Notes: generated by a model from the letters alone, not told the origin. Counted from the stretch's first letter, positions 29,501 to 42,085 are shown. The stretch is 64,000 nt of DNA from Antedon mediterranea (GCF_964355755.1 NC_092670.1:35824388-35888387), one strand, 5' to 3'. A program made the numbers and translations.

Positions 29501-29987
29501 ATATGTTAATAGTAAAGGTTTATTTTTTAGAGAATTTAAGTTGCGCTTATGTGATATTGAAAAACAAAAATGCATTCAAAAATTTAGTTTACATAATAAG
29601 TTAAGGCTCTTTTCTCTTTATAAAAAAGAAATATGTTTAAGTTATCACTTGACCAACATCATTAATTTTAAACAAAGAAGATTATTAACTAAGTTACGTT
29701 TAGGGATATTAGAGCTAGAAATTGAAAAGGGCAGATGGGAGGGTGTAGAAAGATATAAGAGAACGTGTAAATTATGTAAAAAGAACATTGTTGAGGATGA
29801 ATATCATTTTATTTTGCAATGCACATTTTACAATGATTTAAGAAAAAGTTTTATTCCAAGATTTATTCGTGTTTTTCCTTCTATTAATAAGCTTTGTTTA
29901 TTACTTTCCAACACAAATTTTACTTATAATTTAGGAAAATACGTCTACTTTGCTTTTGAAAGAAGAAACCATTATCTTAAGTTATAG
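26556..29987 (+). CDS. LINE ORF2p: APE endonuclease + reverse transcriptase + C-terminal Cys/His knuckle
   Basis: Open from the base after the ORF1 TAG. Motifs SWNING, SETW, GDFNGR, SDHMP; GKAPGIDG, NYRGISL, QAGFRKG, FVDLKRAFDS, GVQQGSPLS, LLYADD, YLGV; CKLC...EDEYHFILQC. First ATG is at 26820, inside the endonuclease. Confidence 0.95.
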   Translation, partial: GFGRGPNEEQSEPSLKVTKHIDCISWNINGINNKFADSDFIEYVNKFDIICFSETWDKYRNDYNIKGFTCISKLPDKTSRHGRNSGGVMVYYKLNLVVEELPSASNNIIWLRITLSPTDTVVIGFLYRPPSTSSYATTDFFDILSNEYLHYSSQISDIVYVVGDFNGRTGSEDDYISADENDTWNNNLFLEDNIRIESRTNSDCILNCYGKDILEFCKETGMRITNGRIDKESSSGFTFISSQGKSVCDYLLTNSNNFKLISYLRIDDRVESDHMPIAFSIQFKDKEHTKMIVNEDDTFTQSTFKWSNSYINASKVRWEHDIIETIDNDFMNAISQNKIDEAVSHLCKIFEYVCKGIKYTQTSKSSTSTKRNEWFDKDCKNLKMQVKQSLKRFRIMRTQPFLNNYIQIKKQYKSLLKCKKNNFHKRIRKQIIDSLNIKDSKTFWMKLKTKQKLSCELSINQCYIHFKNLFKNDESIGSAELPKITECQQNEDDDYLDHDITLDEIKKAFNSQNSGKAPGIDGMNFEFLLNAPNIIFDILKILFNAIFLVEKFPKQWATSLIVPIFKNGDKNKPENYRGISLIPILGKIFLNILNSRLTQFTNSKKLIHEEQAGFRKGYRTTDNIFILDTLISKYLDKKRGRIFVCFVDLKRAFDSINHTLLLHKLKCIGVSGRMLHIINSLYQNLSAHVKIGNKLSPSFNCSIGVQQGSPLSSLLFNIYINDLSGILNQVNDFIQIGDCHMNHLLYADDLVLVSDTVKGLQKLINKLELYCDTWKLTVNTTKSKIMVFKNGRNLRNIEKWKYKNIQLKIVNSYNYLGVIFSSNGAWNNSMQHNQQKANQSLFCLKSFIYRNLSFLPINTWNHIFDVKILPILTYGSEIWGMSDSTNIIEKTHTKFCRYLLQVGKNAPNAAVTSELGRLPLSVDCLVTVIRFWLHIITLDHDRFIFKCYEFQLRKVNRNENCWAQQVKHLLFSTGFGYIWLQQYVNSKGLFFREFKLRLCDIEKQKCIQKFSLHNKLRLFSLYKKEICLSYHLTNIINFKQRRLLTKLRLGILELEIEKGRWEGVERYKRTCKLCKKNIVEDEYHFILQCTFYNDLRKSFIPRFIRVFPSINKLCLLLSNTNFTYNLGKYVYFAFERRNHYLKL

Positions 29988-30065
29988 TTATTTTTTTATT
30001 TGTTTGTATTAGGGCCAAAGGCCAATATACTTTGAACCAATAAATTCCCTGAAAAGGGAAAGAAG

Positions 30066-30358
30066 ATATAAATTCCTGTCATTTGATTGGACGAATGTGG
30101 GTCACATGGCGTGCAATAGTACGCACTATTCAACGATCGTTAAATAGTACTTTTTGAAACATTTTTGTTTGTTATTTAGATGTTATATAAAACAAATAAT
30201 GAATGTTTTGTATTCGTGTAATGGTACAAATAATGGCACTTGGTGAATGATGAAAGGTTATATCAACTCGGCTTTGCCTCGTTGATATAACCTTTCATCA
30301 TTCACCTCGTGCCATTATTTGTACCATTGCACTCATAAACATTCATTATTTGTATAAT
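30066..30358 (+). mobile_element. Palindromic repeat element (Crypton-like non-autonomous) with ~75-bp inverted arms
   Basis: Arms at about 30190-30267 and 30281-30357 around the loop TCGGCTTTGCCTC. Family name is an inference. Confidence 0.65.
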
Positions 30359-30687
30359 ATTATAACATTTAAAAAAAAACCAATATAAATTTTGTTTAGT
30401 ATTATGCTATACAATTTTTTCAACTGAATTATTCTACAATCTAACATAATAATTATACACATTATTATTATGCCTAACTTTAATAAACTATAACATGAAT
30501 GAATAATATTGTATTAGAAATATGTAAATACAACTTCGACAAACTAGTGAAAATGTTAATGTATATTATTATTAAACAGCCAGACAAAAATTCTAATAAC
30601 TATAAGGAATGGAATAGGAATAGGAATGCATTTTATATAACGATTGTTATTTGAATCAGCTCGTCTTGTTTTATTTTAATAAATGCA

Positions 30688-33600
30688 TTATATGCTGATG
30701 GCATTTGGTATCTCTGTTGGGTGCAGATACGTGTATTTCTCATATCTGTCATTGTTCCGTTCATTGATAGTTTTCCCATGATTCTTTAGTCCATCTTTAA
30801 ATCTGAAAGTAAATAAAACATATTTAATATAATATGTTCGATAATAATAATAAAAAAACCAGACCAAACATTGGCTGTAATTTAATGTTTAGTAGTAACA
30901 CATTCTGTAATGTCTACCAATATTTGTTTTATTAATTTAATAACCGTAAAGGCGAATGAGTTAATTTGGGGAACTGCATAATTCTTCAATAGTATTAATT
31001 GAGTATTGCAGTAATGTAAATCTCTGTCTACACAATCAAACAAGCTTTACAAGTGTGATGTGCCCAAATATGGTAGTGATGTGCCCAGATATGGTAGTGA
31101 TATGACATCATCGTATCTATATAGGGTCACATCACATTTTTTGAAACACAAAGTTTTATAGTAAAGACAGAGCTTAAAGTAAGAACTATTGTAACAACAT
31201 TTTCCCCGCTCGGTTATTGTTATCTATTGCGGAACTTTAACTTAAAAGTGAAAAAACCCACACAGAACAGTTTATTACAGTACTTAGGTACTTACTTTTT
31301 AGCAGCTTCGGTCCCAACTGGATCAAACAGATAGTCAACCTCAAAGTCGCCTAGCCCATTGGTTCCTTTCTCGCTCAGCACTTTCGTAACTTCCATGATG
31401 TCCAACGTCGCTTGCTTGTCTGGCAGTGCTTCCAGAATATCATCTTCTGTTTTAGGATCCTAAGATATAAATCATTGGAGAATATAAGAAAGAGAACTGT
31501 TAAATTGAATTATTATTATTATCTAGAAGGAAAAACATTCCGTTAGGAGGCATATATATTAATCTTGCTTATACCTTGTTTTTAGGTGGTTGTCCTTCGA
31601 TTTTCGCTGGGTAGTGTGGAGGAAATCCATAGTTATCGTACTGTCCAAAGTTTACCGCTGCGTGCATCACACTACTGTTGAATATAATAGACGTAACAGT
31701 CTCTGCAATTTCTTGTGGATTTTTAAAGGAATCATCTCCCGGTATGCTTTGTATGTTACAACCCCCGTCAGTTACAGGAGATGACAGTGCTTTGCGCCAT
31801 CCTTGCAACTCGTGATCTTTTGATATTTTGTCAGATGTATCTGAAATAGATTTGAACAAGTTTGCGAAATTAAGTTTTCCGTTGTTGTTTGTAATAAATT
31901 TATGAATGTATCTGGTAAACGTAAACTTGAGCCTCTAAAAATTTACCTAAAGTATTGAGAAATGGCAGTGAGTGTAGGGAGTCTAAAATCAATGTTAATT
32001 AATAGCATAAAGATACGAAATAACACGGCCTAAGTTATTATTTTCTTGAGATTTCGGGAGAGGGCGGAGAAATCGTGGTAAAAAAAGTACAGTCCGTGGT
32101 AAAATGAAACAAAAGGACTTCAACAACAACCACATGCCGCATGTGCCAGCCTATGCAAAGTACTACTGCCAATATTACACAAACACGCTATTTGTCGCTT
32201 TTTTAGTCTGTTGTCGGGGAACTCTACAGGAAGTTGCGAATCCTGTTACTGTTAATACAAAATGAAACCTACTCATGCATAACTCGTATGCGCAGTCATA
32301 TTTCTGTAATGCCTTATATGCGTCGATGATTAATTCACAATAAAAATATGTTTTCAAACAATTGTCTTAAATTTCATAAAAATCGAGCGACGAAAAGTTT
32401 ATTTTTTCTACGACCGTAGTTTTAAGTATGTTAAAAGTAGTTGTATTGTCTTCGTCTATCTCAGAATTAAAGAATTGAATGTAGGCCTACGTTCGTACAG
32501 TCCGTACGTTCTTAATCTAAAAAAGTTTACCTCAAATCAACTTTCCTTTTGTTTGTTTTTGTTTTATCTTTATACTGGGTGACCTCTTCAGTCAAAGACT
32601 GATCTCCCAGATGGCCCAGTTGGTGTTCAGTGGCTGTGATGTACTAATACACCGGGGTAACCGCCAACTCGTCTCGAAAGATGTACTAGGTTCTTTAAAG
32701 TGCACACGGGCAAGTTGTGTACACTGGACCTACGGTTTATAGTCCTTATCCGAGAAGACTCGTTCTACCACCAGAACCATGGAGTGAGTGAGCCTCGAAC
32801 CCCTGCCGATGTTATGGCTACGTGATTACGGTTCCACTGTCTTAACCGCTCGGCCACTCACTCACTAAACTCCCACTCACTCACTCCTATTGTTACTGTA
32901 ACCTACTAGGATTGACATACACGGATCATGACAATAATACTAATATATTGTATATACGTATTAAACTTATTATATTACACACGTTAAATGAATTAAACAA
33001 ACTAAACCTACCGTAACATTTATGTACAACTGCATTAACGTATTCAGATATTGCATGCCACATCAACAGACCATCGTCTCTGAAGTGATAATTAGGAAGT
33101 ACGCCCGGGTCACTTACACCTCGAGATTCAAGTTCTTTTGGAAAGTTTCCATCAATATCCATTCGCCATGTTTTGAAACGACGTTTTACGATCTCAAACA
33201 TGCCGATGCGACCAATTGCCATTACTAGGTCAACCCAACCGCCTTCATTTACAAGTGACTCGATAGCAAGTCTGAAATAAATATAATGTTCATAAATATT
33301 CTAAGCATTGAAAGCCTTTCTAAAAAAAACTATAGGCAGTAACATAAATCGTTAAGGATGAATATACAATTTATATATTTCCAACGTTTAAAAATACATA
33401 CTTGTTTATGGCAATTAGGTATAAGAAATGGGGTGCCATTAGTCGGAAGAGGGGATGTGAAGGCGACATAAAACTGTGTGTGGCAGCAGCTATACTTTCC
33501 ACCAAAAGATGCGTCATTCCAAGATGTGACGCAGATTGATGGTATGACGCGTCAGCGTTGTTGAACCACATCTTAGCCAACATCCACGTGTATTCGTGGT

Positions 33601-36600
33601 CTGAAGAAAGGAACACCTGTAAAAAATATCTTGTTAATGAGATCAATCATTTACCGCACACAAATTCACATATCTTATGTGTGAAGTCTGGCGCTTAAGT
33701 TTAAGAGGAAGCTTTCAATTTGCTAAGACCACTGACGACCTTTGACCTACGCATTGATGTGTCGTCTGGACATAGAACCACCAATAGTATGTACACAATG
33801 AAATATAAAACCATATCGAAATCTCCCAAACACATACTGACCACACAATGTCACGGACTCTACAAAATGTGTCACATAACACATATAATAAATGTCTTAA
33901 GAAAATAGGATAATGATACTTATATATATACAATTACCGGATTGTCATCGGATTTGTCTTGAAAAAGTTGAATAGCAACAGGCATCAGTTTTGCATCATT
34001 TTGAAGATAAAACAGGGCGATGGGACTGCAAACCTAAAACGAACATTTATTGCTAAGCAGTTAAAATATTTGACATAAATATAAACGTTTTATTATTACA
34101 TTGTTTTGTTTATTACTGTGTAATTACATTATCATTTTATCCATCTATTGATATAGACCTAAAGCAAAGATAGGTCGCAGTTGGATAGGCCTACACCCTC
34201 TTTTTAATCATTTGTTAGCCTCCAATATGCTCACAAACTTAAAACCACAACCTATTTTAATTCAGTGAGTTCACAGTGATGTGACAAGTTTTAAGCTGTC
34301 GTGCCTATTTAGCTATATAGGGGGCACTAGGTCACGAATTGATTACGCTAGTTGCTTAATCTATTATTTGATATTTTTTAATAATTAATATGGTATAATA
34401 TATATAGCATAATTTACCGTTTTTAATGGATCCGTGGTTGGAAGATCTTTCAACAATTTATAATCAACAATGAAAAGTCGTTTCTTTTCAATAGCACTCT
34501 CTATCGTTAATCCCTCCAACAAGTCGCCAAGCATTTCATTTGTTACACCGAAGCTATAATTATAATAATCATCATAATGTTATTTATTGATATAATTATT
34601 TAATATGGATTTTTTTTCTTCAATCCATCATGTATGTAGGCCTAAGAATAATATTAATTGATAATTTTAATGTATAATGCACCAAATAAAACACTATTAA
34701 AGGCACATTCAATATGCCGATTAAGTGATTTTGTAAAAAAAAATAATTTCAAATTACAATAGTTTAAATGAGTTAGTAGAACGTAGAAAAACAATATATT
34801 TTTCATTTAGCAGCCTCTGTACATAAATACTTTAACTGAATAATGCAAAGATAGTATGATGAATAAGATGAATAATCCTGCTTATCTGAAGCAACAACAA
34901 AATCAATACATACAAAAATATAGCCACTATAAACAATTATACGATTTGAACATCTGCAGTTAAATAACTAACATAAAATGAAATGTTATTACTTTTCAGG
35001 TATATGTGTACAAAGCTGTATAACACCTGGATTACAGTCTACCAGTCGCTGCTTGCCAAATTCAACATCTGACCTCCAACGATGCATTCCCTATTGGTAT
35101 GTAAAGAAAAGGTTCGTTGTATAGATATTTTTATTGTTCATTTGTGTTTCTTTGTTCGAGTTATAAATGTTACTACAGTAGGATTACATTGGCAGTAGCT
35201 GATCTCGGGATTACTGTATTAGTACGGCTAGTAGGTCTATTAATTACACGTATATCTACTTTTGTACTTCGAGGAGAGTCAGCAATTCTTATAAGGAAGT
35301 AATAGAAGGTTGGTTTTAGAAGCATGCCTAAGTTATAAAAGATTGCTTGAGCCGACCCTGTCTTTCAATGGTTTACTGTTCGCCCCTTCCTTTAGGTGGA
35401 CATTAAGCAGTTGATCCTCACGTACAAGTATCCATTACTGCACGTTTCTATTTATTACTGATAACCATTTATTATAGAGAATCGTACGATACTTACTTTT
35501 GGTACAGGATATGATCCTTTGTAAAGGTTTCCTAGATCGTCGAGGCTTTCCCAGCGACCAGTTGTAAGACCTAGTATCGTTCCATCAATCTTATCCTTTA
35601 TTGCACTGGTCACAATTCCAAACTGAAATAATTGAATTAATCGGTCTAAGATAGACATTTCTCCCTTCACCGAATGAAATATCTTAACAATAATTATAGG
35701 TATATGAATTTTAAGTTAGACATTTTTCTCTTCACTCAATGAATTGAAACTATTATTAGAGGTATACGAAAATAACGTCCGGAAAAATGTATATTTGCTG
35801 TTTTACTAAAGTTAAATGAGCTGCTTACTTTATAGTTTCTACGGTTAGGTGTGAGAAGTATGCTTACTTGTATTTAAACATAAATTGTCCCATTCCATTG
35901 TGTACATTATATTGTTAGCCTTTGTATTTTGTTGCATTTACTATTTAACCAATTGTATGATCTCATTTGAAAGGTACCGTAAGTTTAGGTATTGGATTTG
36001 TAATACAGTAATTCTTACTGAAAACAATGCGTCTGAAGCTTGGTTTCCACGCATTGCAAGTGAGTTGACCATTCGCAATCGGTAGGCATTTCGGACAACC
36101 CATAGAGTCGTAATTGGTCAAATTACGTAAGTTGGGCTTACGTCCTTGCGTGGCGTACAAGTGGAAATTAAACTTTAGGATAGCTTCACGTAGCTATACG
36201 GTAGAATGGTGTTGAGTAGCCAAGTGAGTCATGCCTACACAATTTTTGTTTTCATTTGTCTTACCTCGTAATCATTGGAGAAACTTTCAGTATCTGGAAA
36301 TTCCTTCACCTGTAATTATAGTTTCAACCAAATTAAAAAAAAATATATAACAATAATTATAATAATCATGAATAATTTCATATAAATTAATGACTCTATT
36401 GAGTTTCTATAGTTTGATTAAGAAGTGTGTTTACGGACCTGACTTGGCAATCCATCACTTGCAGGAGCAAACGCGTAAGCTTTTCTCTTTTCTTCAAGTT
36501 CCTGTTTTCGTTGTTGAGGAAATCTGTCGAATTGTGGCAAGACGCTATCATGTTCCTGAAATTTCATCTTAATTTCAGGTTTGATCCAACGGTGCATTGG

Positions 36601-36915
36601 GAAAACATATTCCTTTTTGCATCCCTTTACTTTTATCCATTCTACATACCACTTATCAGCGCTACGCTTTGTCCGCCATAACTCAAGCTCAGCAATGTCT
36701 CCAAAGTCGGCGAGATCTTTGACGGGAAATTTATTAGTACTACCTGCTTTAAAGTCGTTGTGCCATTTGAGGTCCAGATGTATTTCTTGAGATCGTTTTC
36801 CAGCTGCATTCACAAGAAGGACGTAGATGTTTGCATCCGTACCCGCCCCCTGATGATCTCCAGTTTTCACTATTACTGTATATTTGCAAAGAAACTTTGA
36901 AATGAGACTTCCCAT
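30688..36915 (-). CDS. Lipoxygenase paralogue C, intact, ~665 aa
   Basis: Exons 36915-36439, 36309-36265, 35622-35497, 35090-34993, 34553-34418, 34033-33938, 33616-33402, 33271-33012, 31840-31575, 31459-31296 and 30802-30688 (1998 nt). Motifs WMLAKMW, HLGMTHL, HPLFRL, HAAVNFGQ and PNAISI*. Confidence 0.95.
32547..32865 (-). mobile_element. tRNA-derived SINE (Meta-domain-like body)
   Basis: A-box TGGCCGAGCGG, B-box GGTTCGAGGC, body GTCTTCTCGGATAAGGACTATAAACCG...GCACTTTAAAGAACC and an (AAAC)n tail. Nearly identical to 37924-38241. Confidence 0.88.
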
Positions 36916-37923
36916 ACTGAAATTAAAAGTGCACTTACTGTAGTTTCAGAAATCAATATGTGTTAATAGTCTAAATTCAGTGCCAATTGATAGACTTAAC
37001 TCTGAAGGTTGATTTGATTGTTTAAACTTTTGTTTACGCGAACTTTTTTTCGAAAGGTTTGAATCAAGGATAATGTAGGCCCTACTATAATATAGATACA
37101 TCCTTTATACAGTACCGTAATCGTAAGTCCAATAGTCTTTTACTGTCACCGATCCGTTAAAAACTGTTCAGTTAAACCATTTCTTTAAAAAAACCACAAC
37201 AATGGTTCTATTTTACAGGTATGATGGTATGTTAACTCTATTTCAAGGTAATTAGCCAAGGCACCTAACTAAAATACTTTAAGTAATTAATAGGAGCCAC
37301 TCTGGCGGAATTTGATTTTTCAGAATAGCGGCCGAAAATCGTAAATGAAAATTATATGTATTTGGTTGCAGAGGCAATCAAGGTCATTGAAACTGATTTT
37401 AAAAATTGCACATAATATTATATAGTCCACATTGCACAGATGGTGACCAAAATCCGAAATGGCTGTCAGTAAATTAGATTATTATATACCTTTGCTCACA
37501 TAAGTCATATAATATAAAAATGAAGTAGCAAATAATGTGTAATCGTTGTAATTTAAACCGATTTTAGACATATGATATATCCTACGTTTGGTCAAATATT
37601 GGACAGATGGTGGCAGTAAGTCAAACTGGCCGGATAGAAAAAAAATTGTAAGCATAGCTACAAACTTCATAAAAAGTTGTGAATAAATAATAAGGAACTC
37701 TGAGAGAAAATTAATGAGAAAAAAAAGCAAACATAATGTCATGTATTTCAGCGATCGTTCATTACAATGGCTAATATATGCCACAATGAACCGTAAGAGC
37801 AAGTCATTGATTTTATGACAGTAGAGGCCACTCAGAGGCCATTTTCAGAAGTCTTGCTTCTTGATTGGCTGCTTCCTGATTGGCTGAAACAATTTCTGAA
37901 TAATGAAAGTGATTGCAATATTA

Positions 37924-38241
37924 TGTTTGTTTGTTTGTTTTATCTTTATACTGGGTGACCTCTTCAGTCAAAGACTGATCTCCCAGAGGGCCCAGTTGGT
38001 GATCAGTGGCTGTGATGTACTAATACACCGGGGTAACCCCCTACTCGTCTCGAAAGATGTACTAGGTTCTTTAAAGTGCACACGAGCAAGTTGTGTATAC
38101 TGGACCTACGGTTTATAGTCCTTATCCGAGAAGACTCGTTCTACTATCAGAACCATGGAGTGAGTGAGCCTCGAACCCCTGCCGATGTTATGGCTACGTG
38201 ATTACGGTTCCACTGTCTTAACCGCTCGGTCACTCACTCAC
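37924..38241 (-). mobile_element. tRNA-derived SINE, second full copy
   Basis: Same family as 32547-32865, located in the 5' UTR intron of LOX-C. Confidence 0.88.
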
Positions 38242-38490
38242 TATAATGCAATAATTTTTACGTGAAACATACACAAATAACCATTATTTCGATTGGTCAC
38301 CATCAAAATATAGTATGCTCATTAAACTTACATACAGTAGGGTTAGGAACGGCTCTTAAAACAAAACAGATGTATAATCAATGCACAATATTTTATTCAT
38401 TAATTTATCTTTATTTGGTCTAAAATAGAAAAAAAAATAGTTCAACTTTGTAGCAAGAAACCAAACAAATCGACGAATAAGCGCACTTAC

Positions 38491-38555
38491 ACTAAATGCA
38501 TTACATCTCTAGGAAGATTTGTTAAAATCTGTAAAATTCAAAAGCAGTTTATATA
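38491..38555 (-). promoter_or_regulatory. Putative TATA promoter and short non-coding first exon of LOX-C
   Basis: TATATAAA at 38555-38548 and a GTAAGT donor after 38491. The ATG exon begins TTTCAG/tATG. Confidence 0.5.
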
Positions 38556-38840
38556 CCGGTAACGCTTTAACGATCGAGGGTAACAATTCAATACCGGTAC
38601 TGTACGTTATGTGTTCACTGATATTTCTGACAGGACGTGTACAATGTTAGTTATACACTTTGAAGAAGCCCATATAACACTCAAGCAGATTATATCGATA
38701 TAGGTCCTGACTTTTTTTATACAAATGTTATTTAAAACGTTTTAATGTTTTCTTTATATTATCATTGTAGGCCTATTATTTCAAAGATATTTTAAACCGT
38801 TTTAAATTTGTAGGGGTTTGCCTCTTTCATTTTAAACATT

Positions 38841-38951
38841 ATATACGGCCATACTACGTTGAAACACCGGTTCTCATCAGATCACCGAAGTTAAGCAACG
38901 TTGGGCCCGGTCTGGATGGGAGACAATCTAGAAATAGCGGCGGTGCTGTAT
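38841..38951 (+). pseudogene. Degenerate 5S rRNA copy, possibly the head of a 5S-derived SINE extending to ~39073
   Basis: TACGGCCATACTACGTTGAAACACCGGTTCTCATCAGATCACCGAAGTTAAGCAACG...GGATGGGAGAC...GTGCTGTA, with a deletion in the internal control region and no oligo-T terminator. Confidence 0.85.
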
Positions 38952-39304
38952 GGAGGGTCAAGTTAGGGGCGTCTGTATTCATATACACGCGGCCCTGGAT
39001 AAACTAATGTAGTGTATAGTCAAGCTAGAAATACCATGACTTCGCCCTACCTCAACGAACTAATCACCACCACAATAGTTGATTCTATAAGATGAAAATT
39101 TTAAAGTTATTGTACATTTTATAGTTCATTTAAAGAGAGATGAAAGAAATGTAAATTTAATTGAATTGATACCACAGAAGAATCAATAATCAACACAAAA
39201 TACTGTAGCAAATACATTCTTTAAAAAACGATTTGATTAACAGTAATTATTTAAAAAGAAATTTACCGCATTTACGGTTAGTTCGGATTTAAGAAATTTA
39301 TAAA

Positions 39305-39341
39305 ACTAGATGGTACGCTCGCTTCGCTCGCGTACCATCTA
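39305..39341. repeat. 13-bp-stem hairpin with CTAG ends, probable terminus of a Helitron-type element
   Basis: CTAGATGGTACGC-TCGCTTCGCTC-GCGTACCATCTAG. Confidence 0.5.
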
Positions 39342-42085
39342 GGTCGTGCCCACAGATGGTTCTCGAATACATAATAATTTCAGCGTTAAAAAACTGGCGA
39401 TTTCAAATGTACGTACCGCAGGACAATAATACATGTCGTTTACAGGAATGAATAAATAGACACTGTGATTTATGTACTCAACTAAAATTAGCACCCTATT
39501 ACTTCCGAAAGAGAAACTTGTCACAAATAAGACCAATTGTTTAAGTCAAATTTAAACAAACTTAATTTGTGTTTTGTATGTAACATTAGGGTTGAGGGAT
39601 GGGGTAGAGGATGGGTGCAAAGAGGAACAATGTTAAAATATATTTTTTATCCATTTAGTAACGAAATATTAATTGCTTTCATGTTTTACAAATAATATAC
39701 CACTAAACACAGTAAAACATTGCGATGTAATACTTTGTTGAAACTATCACCGTCCTAGTCGATTGAAATAGTACAGCACATGTAACGATACATCACTACG
39801 ACGTGTATATGTTTATAATATAATGTAAAACAATTTGTGAAAACCACCTCTATTCGGGGAAAATCATAAATTCGATTTAATCGTCAATAAATATTAAATT
39901 ATCTAACTCAACTTAATTAGTAGGCCTAATGGTTTTCAATTGTTTCTTAGAGCCAATTCATACTTAAGTTGGTTCCTACCCTACCCACCAAAGTTGTTCT
40001 GCGTTTAGGGCATGTGATGTACCGTAGGCCTATTCTCTACTGGTTTTACAACGCTACTCATGCCAGTGAGGGAAAGGTGATGATGTGGTTGGTTTAACTG
40101 CAATAATAAAGATTTGTACATACTATACGGCGAGTGAAAACGCTAGCTCATTATCCGTTTAAAAAAAATTATATCCAACCTCTGCAGCACAGATTGAAAA
40201 CAAAAATGGATCGAATTTCGAGTATAAAGTACTGTACTTGCCTTTAACGACGCCTGAGGGAATAGACACTTGTGAAACAGAGATTGGAATGTTCCATTCA
40301 TCGCAAATCAATACATTTGTATAATCGTATATCCAATCCAAATAGTATTTTTTTAAGAAAATCGGCCTGTCTTCAACATTATGATGCTGTACTCTAGCTG
40401 TTCAACCGGTTTTCAGCTATTAAAAACAATTATCGTGGGAGGAGATAGGAAAATGCGAAGCCTCCTCGCATTTTTGTGGCGGGTATTTTTCAAGATGGAC
40501 ATCCATTAGACAGTGTATACCACGATCGGAAAACACCCCTATTTGGGGCAAATCGTTGAACCTAAATTCGTTTTAATCGTCAATAACTAATTATCTAACT
40601 TAATTTAATTAGTAAACAGGGTTACATCAGGTGGTTAAAATCAGTACCGAAAGTACGAACCAACTTTATATAACATCGAGTAAAAATTCTAGAAGTAAGG
40701 CGCGATTTACCGAATTTTGCCCTTACGTAAATTTATATATAGATACTTATTAACCAAACATCCCACACTTCTATTCATTATTATACTATTATATTATAAT
40801 ATTTTATATAAAAAAACAATACATACACTGTAAAAACAGTGTTTAGCTGTTAAACATAAAATACACGTATCAACCCTAAACATGTTTAGCATTGTGTTTA
40901 ATTTTAAAACACATTTCTAAACATTTCATGTGTTTAGATTCTAAACACAGCCGTTTATACAACAATATTTCAATGTGTTTAGCTTTTTTAGAATAGGGTA
41001 TTGCAACGTTAACATTTTTTCTAAACACATTTCTAAGCACGTCTTTAAATTATGTTTAGAGAATTTACGTTTCAAATCTAAACACCACTGTGTTTAATAA
41101 CACACTTATTGTGTTTAATATTTGTTTGTGCTTACTAAAATTGGTGTTTAGAGGTGAAAGTGTTTGTATAAATTATGTTTAGAGAATTTACGTTTCAAAT
41201 CTGAACACCACTGTGTTTCATAACATTACTTATTGTGTTTAATATTTTTATTATGCTGGCATGCATTTGGAAATGTGTATTTTTGTATTTGTATTTTTTT
41301 ATGTATTCGATTTCGATTCGATTTACGGTACCAACATGTTGTTTTGGATCCATTTAGATACGTTTTATTATATTATAGTTTGATTAATAGAGTAAATTGA
41401 TGCATCGGTTTCGACCAAAATACACCACATTTCCCATCCTTTTACCACACGCGGTACATCACCCCCCCCCCCCACACACACACACTAAAAATGATTGATC
41501 ATGATGCATCAAAATACAGTTGATACCATTGATTCTCATGGTATATGATGATTTTGGCATGACCAATTTACAATTAAAAATATTAATTATTTACATAAAC
41601 ACATATTTCATAACTAATATAAACACTTTATGGCATTAAGATTATAATTTACGCTATAAATGTTTATAAAATAATAAAATACTGTATCTATATATACATA
41701 CAATAGCAACACCCCAAGGAACGACTGATTATGATTGATGAGGAGAAAACCCGCGAATCTAGTACGCGCCTTTTTAGCAGAAGCCGTTAAGTTGGATGGG
41801 AGTGGTGTCGGGAATGTGAAACAAACATCTTTCTAATTCTTAGCTTTACGTTGATTGAAGTAATCATATATTGCAGGTAAGTTATTTCACATTGTTTGTA
41901 TAATATGTATATAGTGATTATATTAAATTTGCCTTTTAGAATAATAGAGTTGCTTGCCGATGTCTTGTAGGCCTATAGCCGGTGTAAGATTTAAATGTGT
42001 CCGGTGTTTGAAAGTGTCCACTGGACAATTTTCAGCATTGAATAGTGTAATACCAGCTGTTGAAAATGGCTGCAACCACCCGGGC

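Larger units (their letters stand above)
25190..30045 (+). mobile_element. Near full-length, apparently intact non-LTR retrotransposon (RTEX-like)
   Basis: Duplicated 5' UTR, uninterrupted ORF1 and ORF2, and a short 3' UTR with GGCC-AAA-GGCC and AATAAA. No clear TSD seen, so the ends are approximate. Confidence 0.9.

Noticed and set aside
25745-29604. Short antisense and alternate-frame ORFs within the LINE, and similar ones opposite LOX exons
   Set aside because: They are shadow ORFs with no recognisable motifs.
32790-32865. Functional tRNA gene
   Set aside because: It is the tRNA-like head of a SINE with body and tail, repeated at about 38165-38241.
38841-38951. Functional 5S rRNA gene
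   Set aside because: It has an internal deletion, many substitutions and no terminator, and is not in a tandem array.
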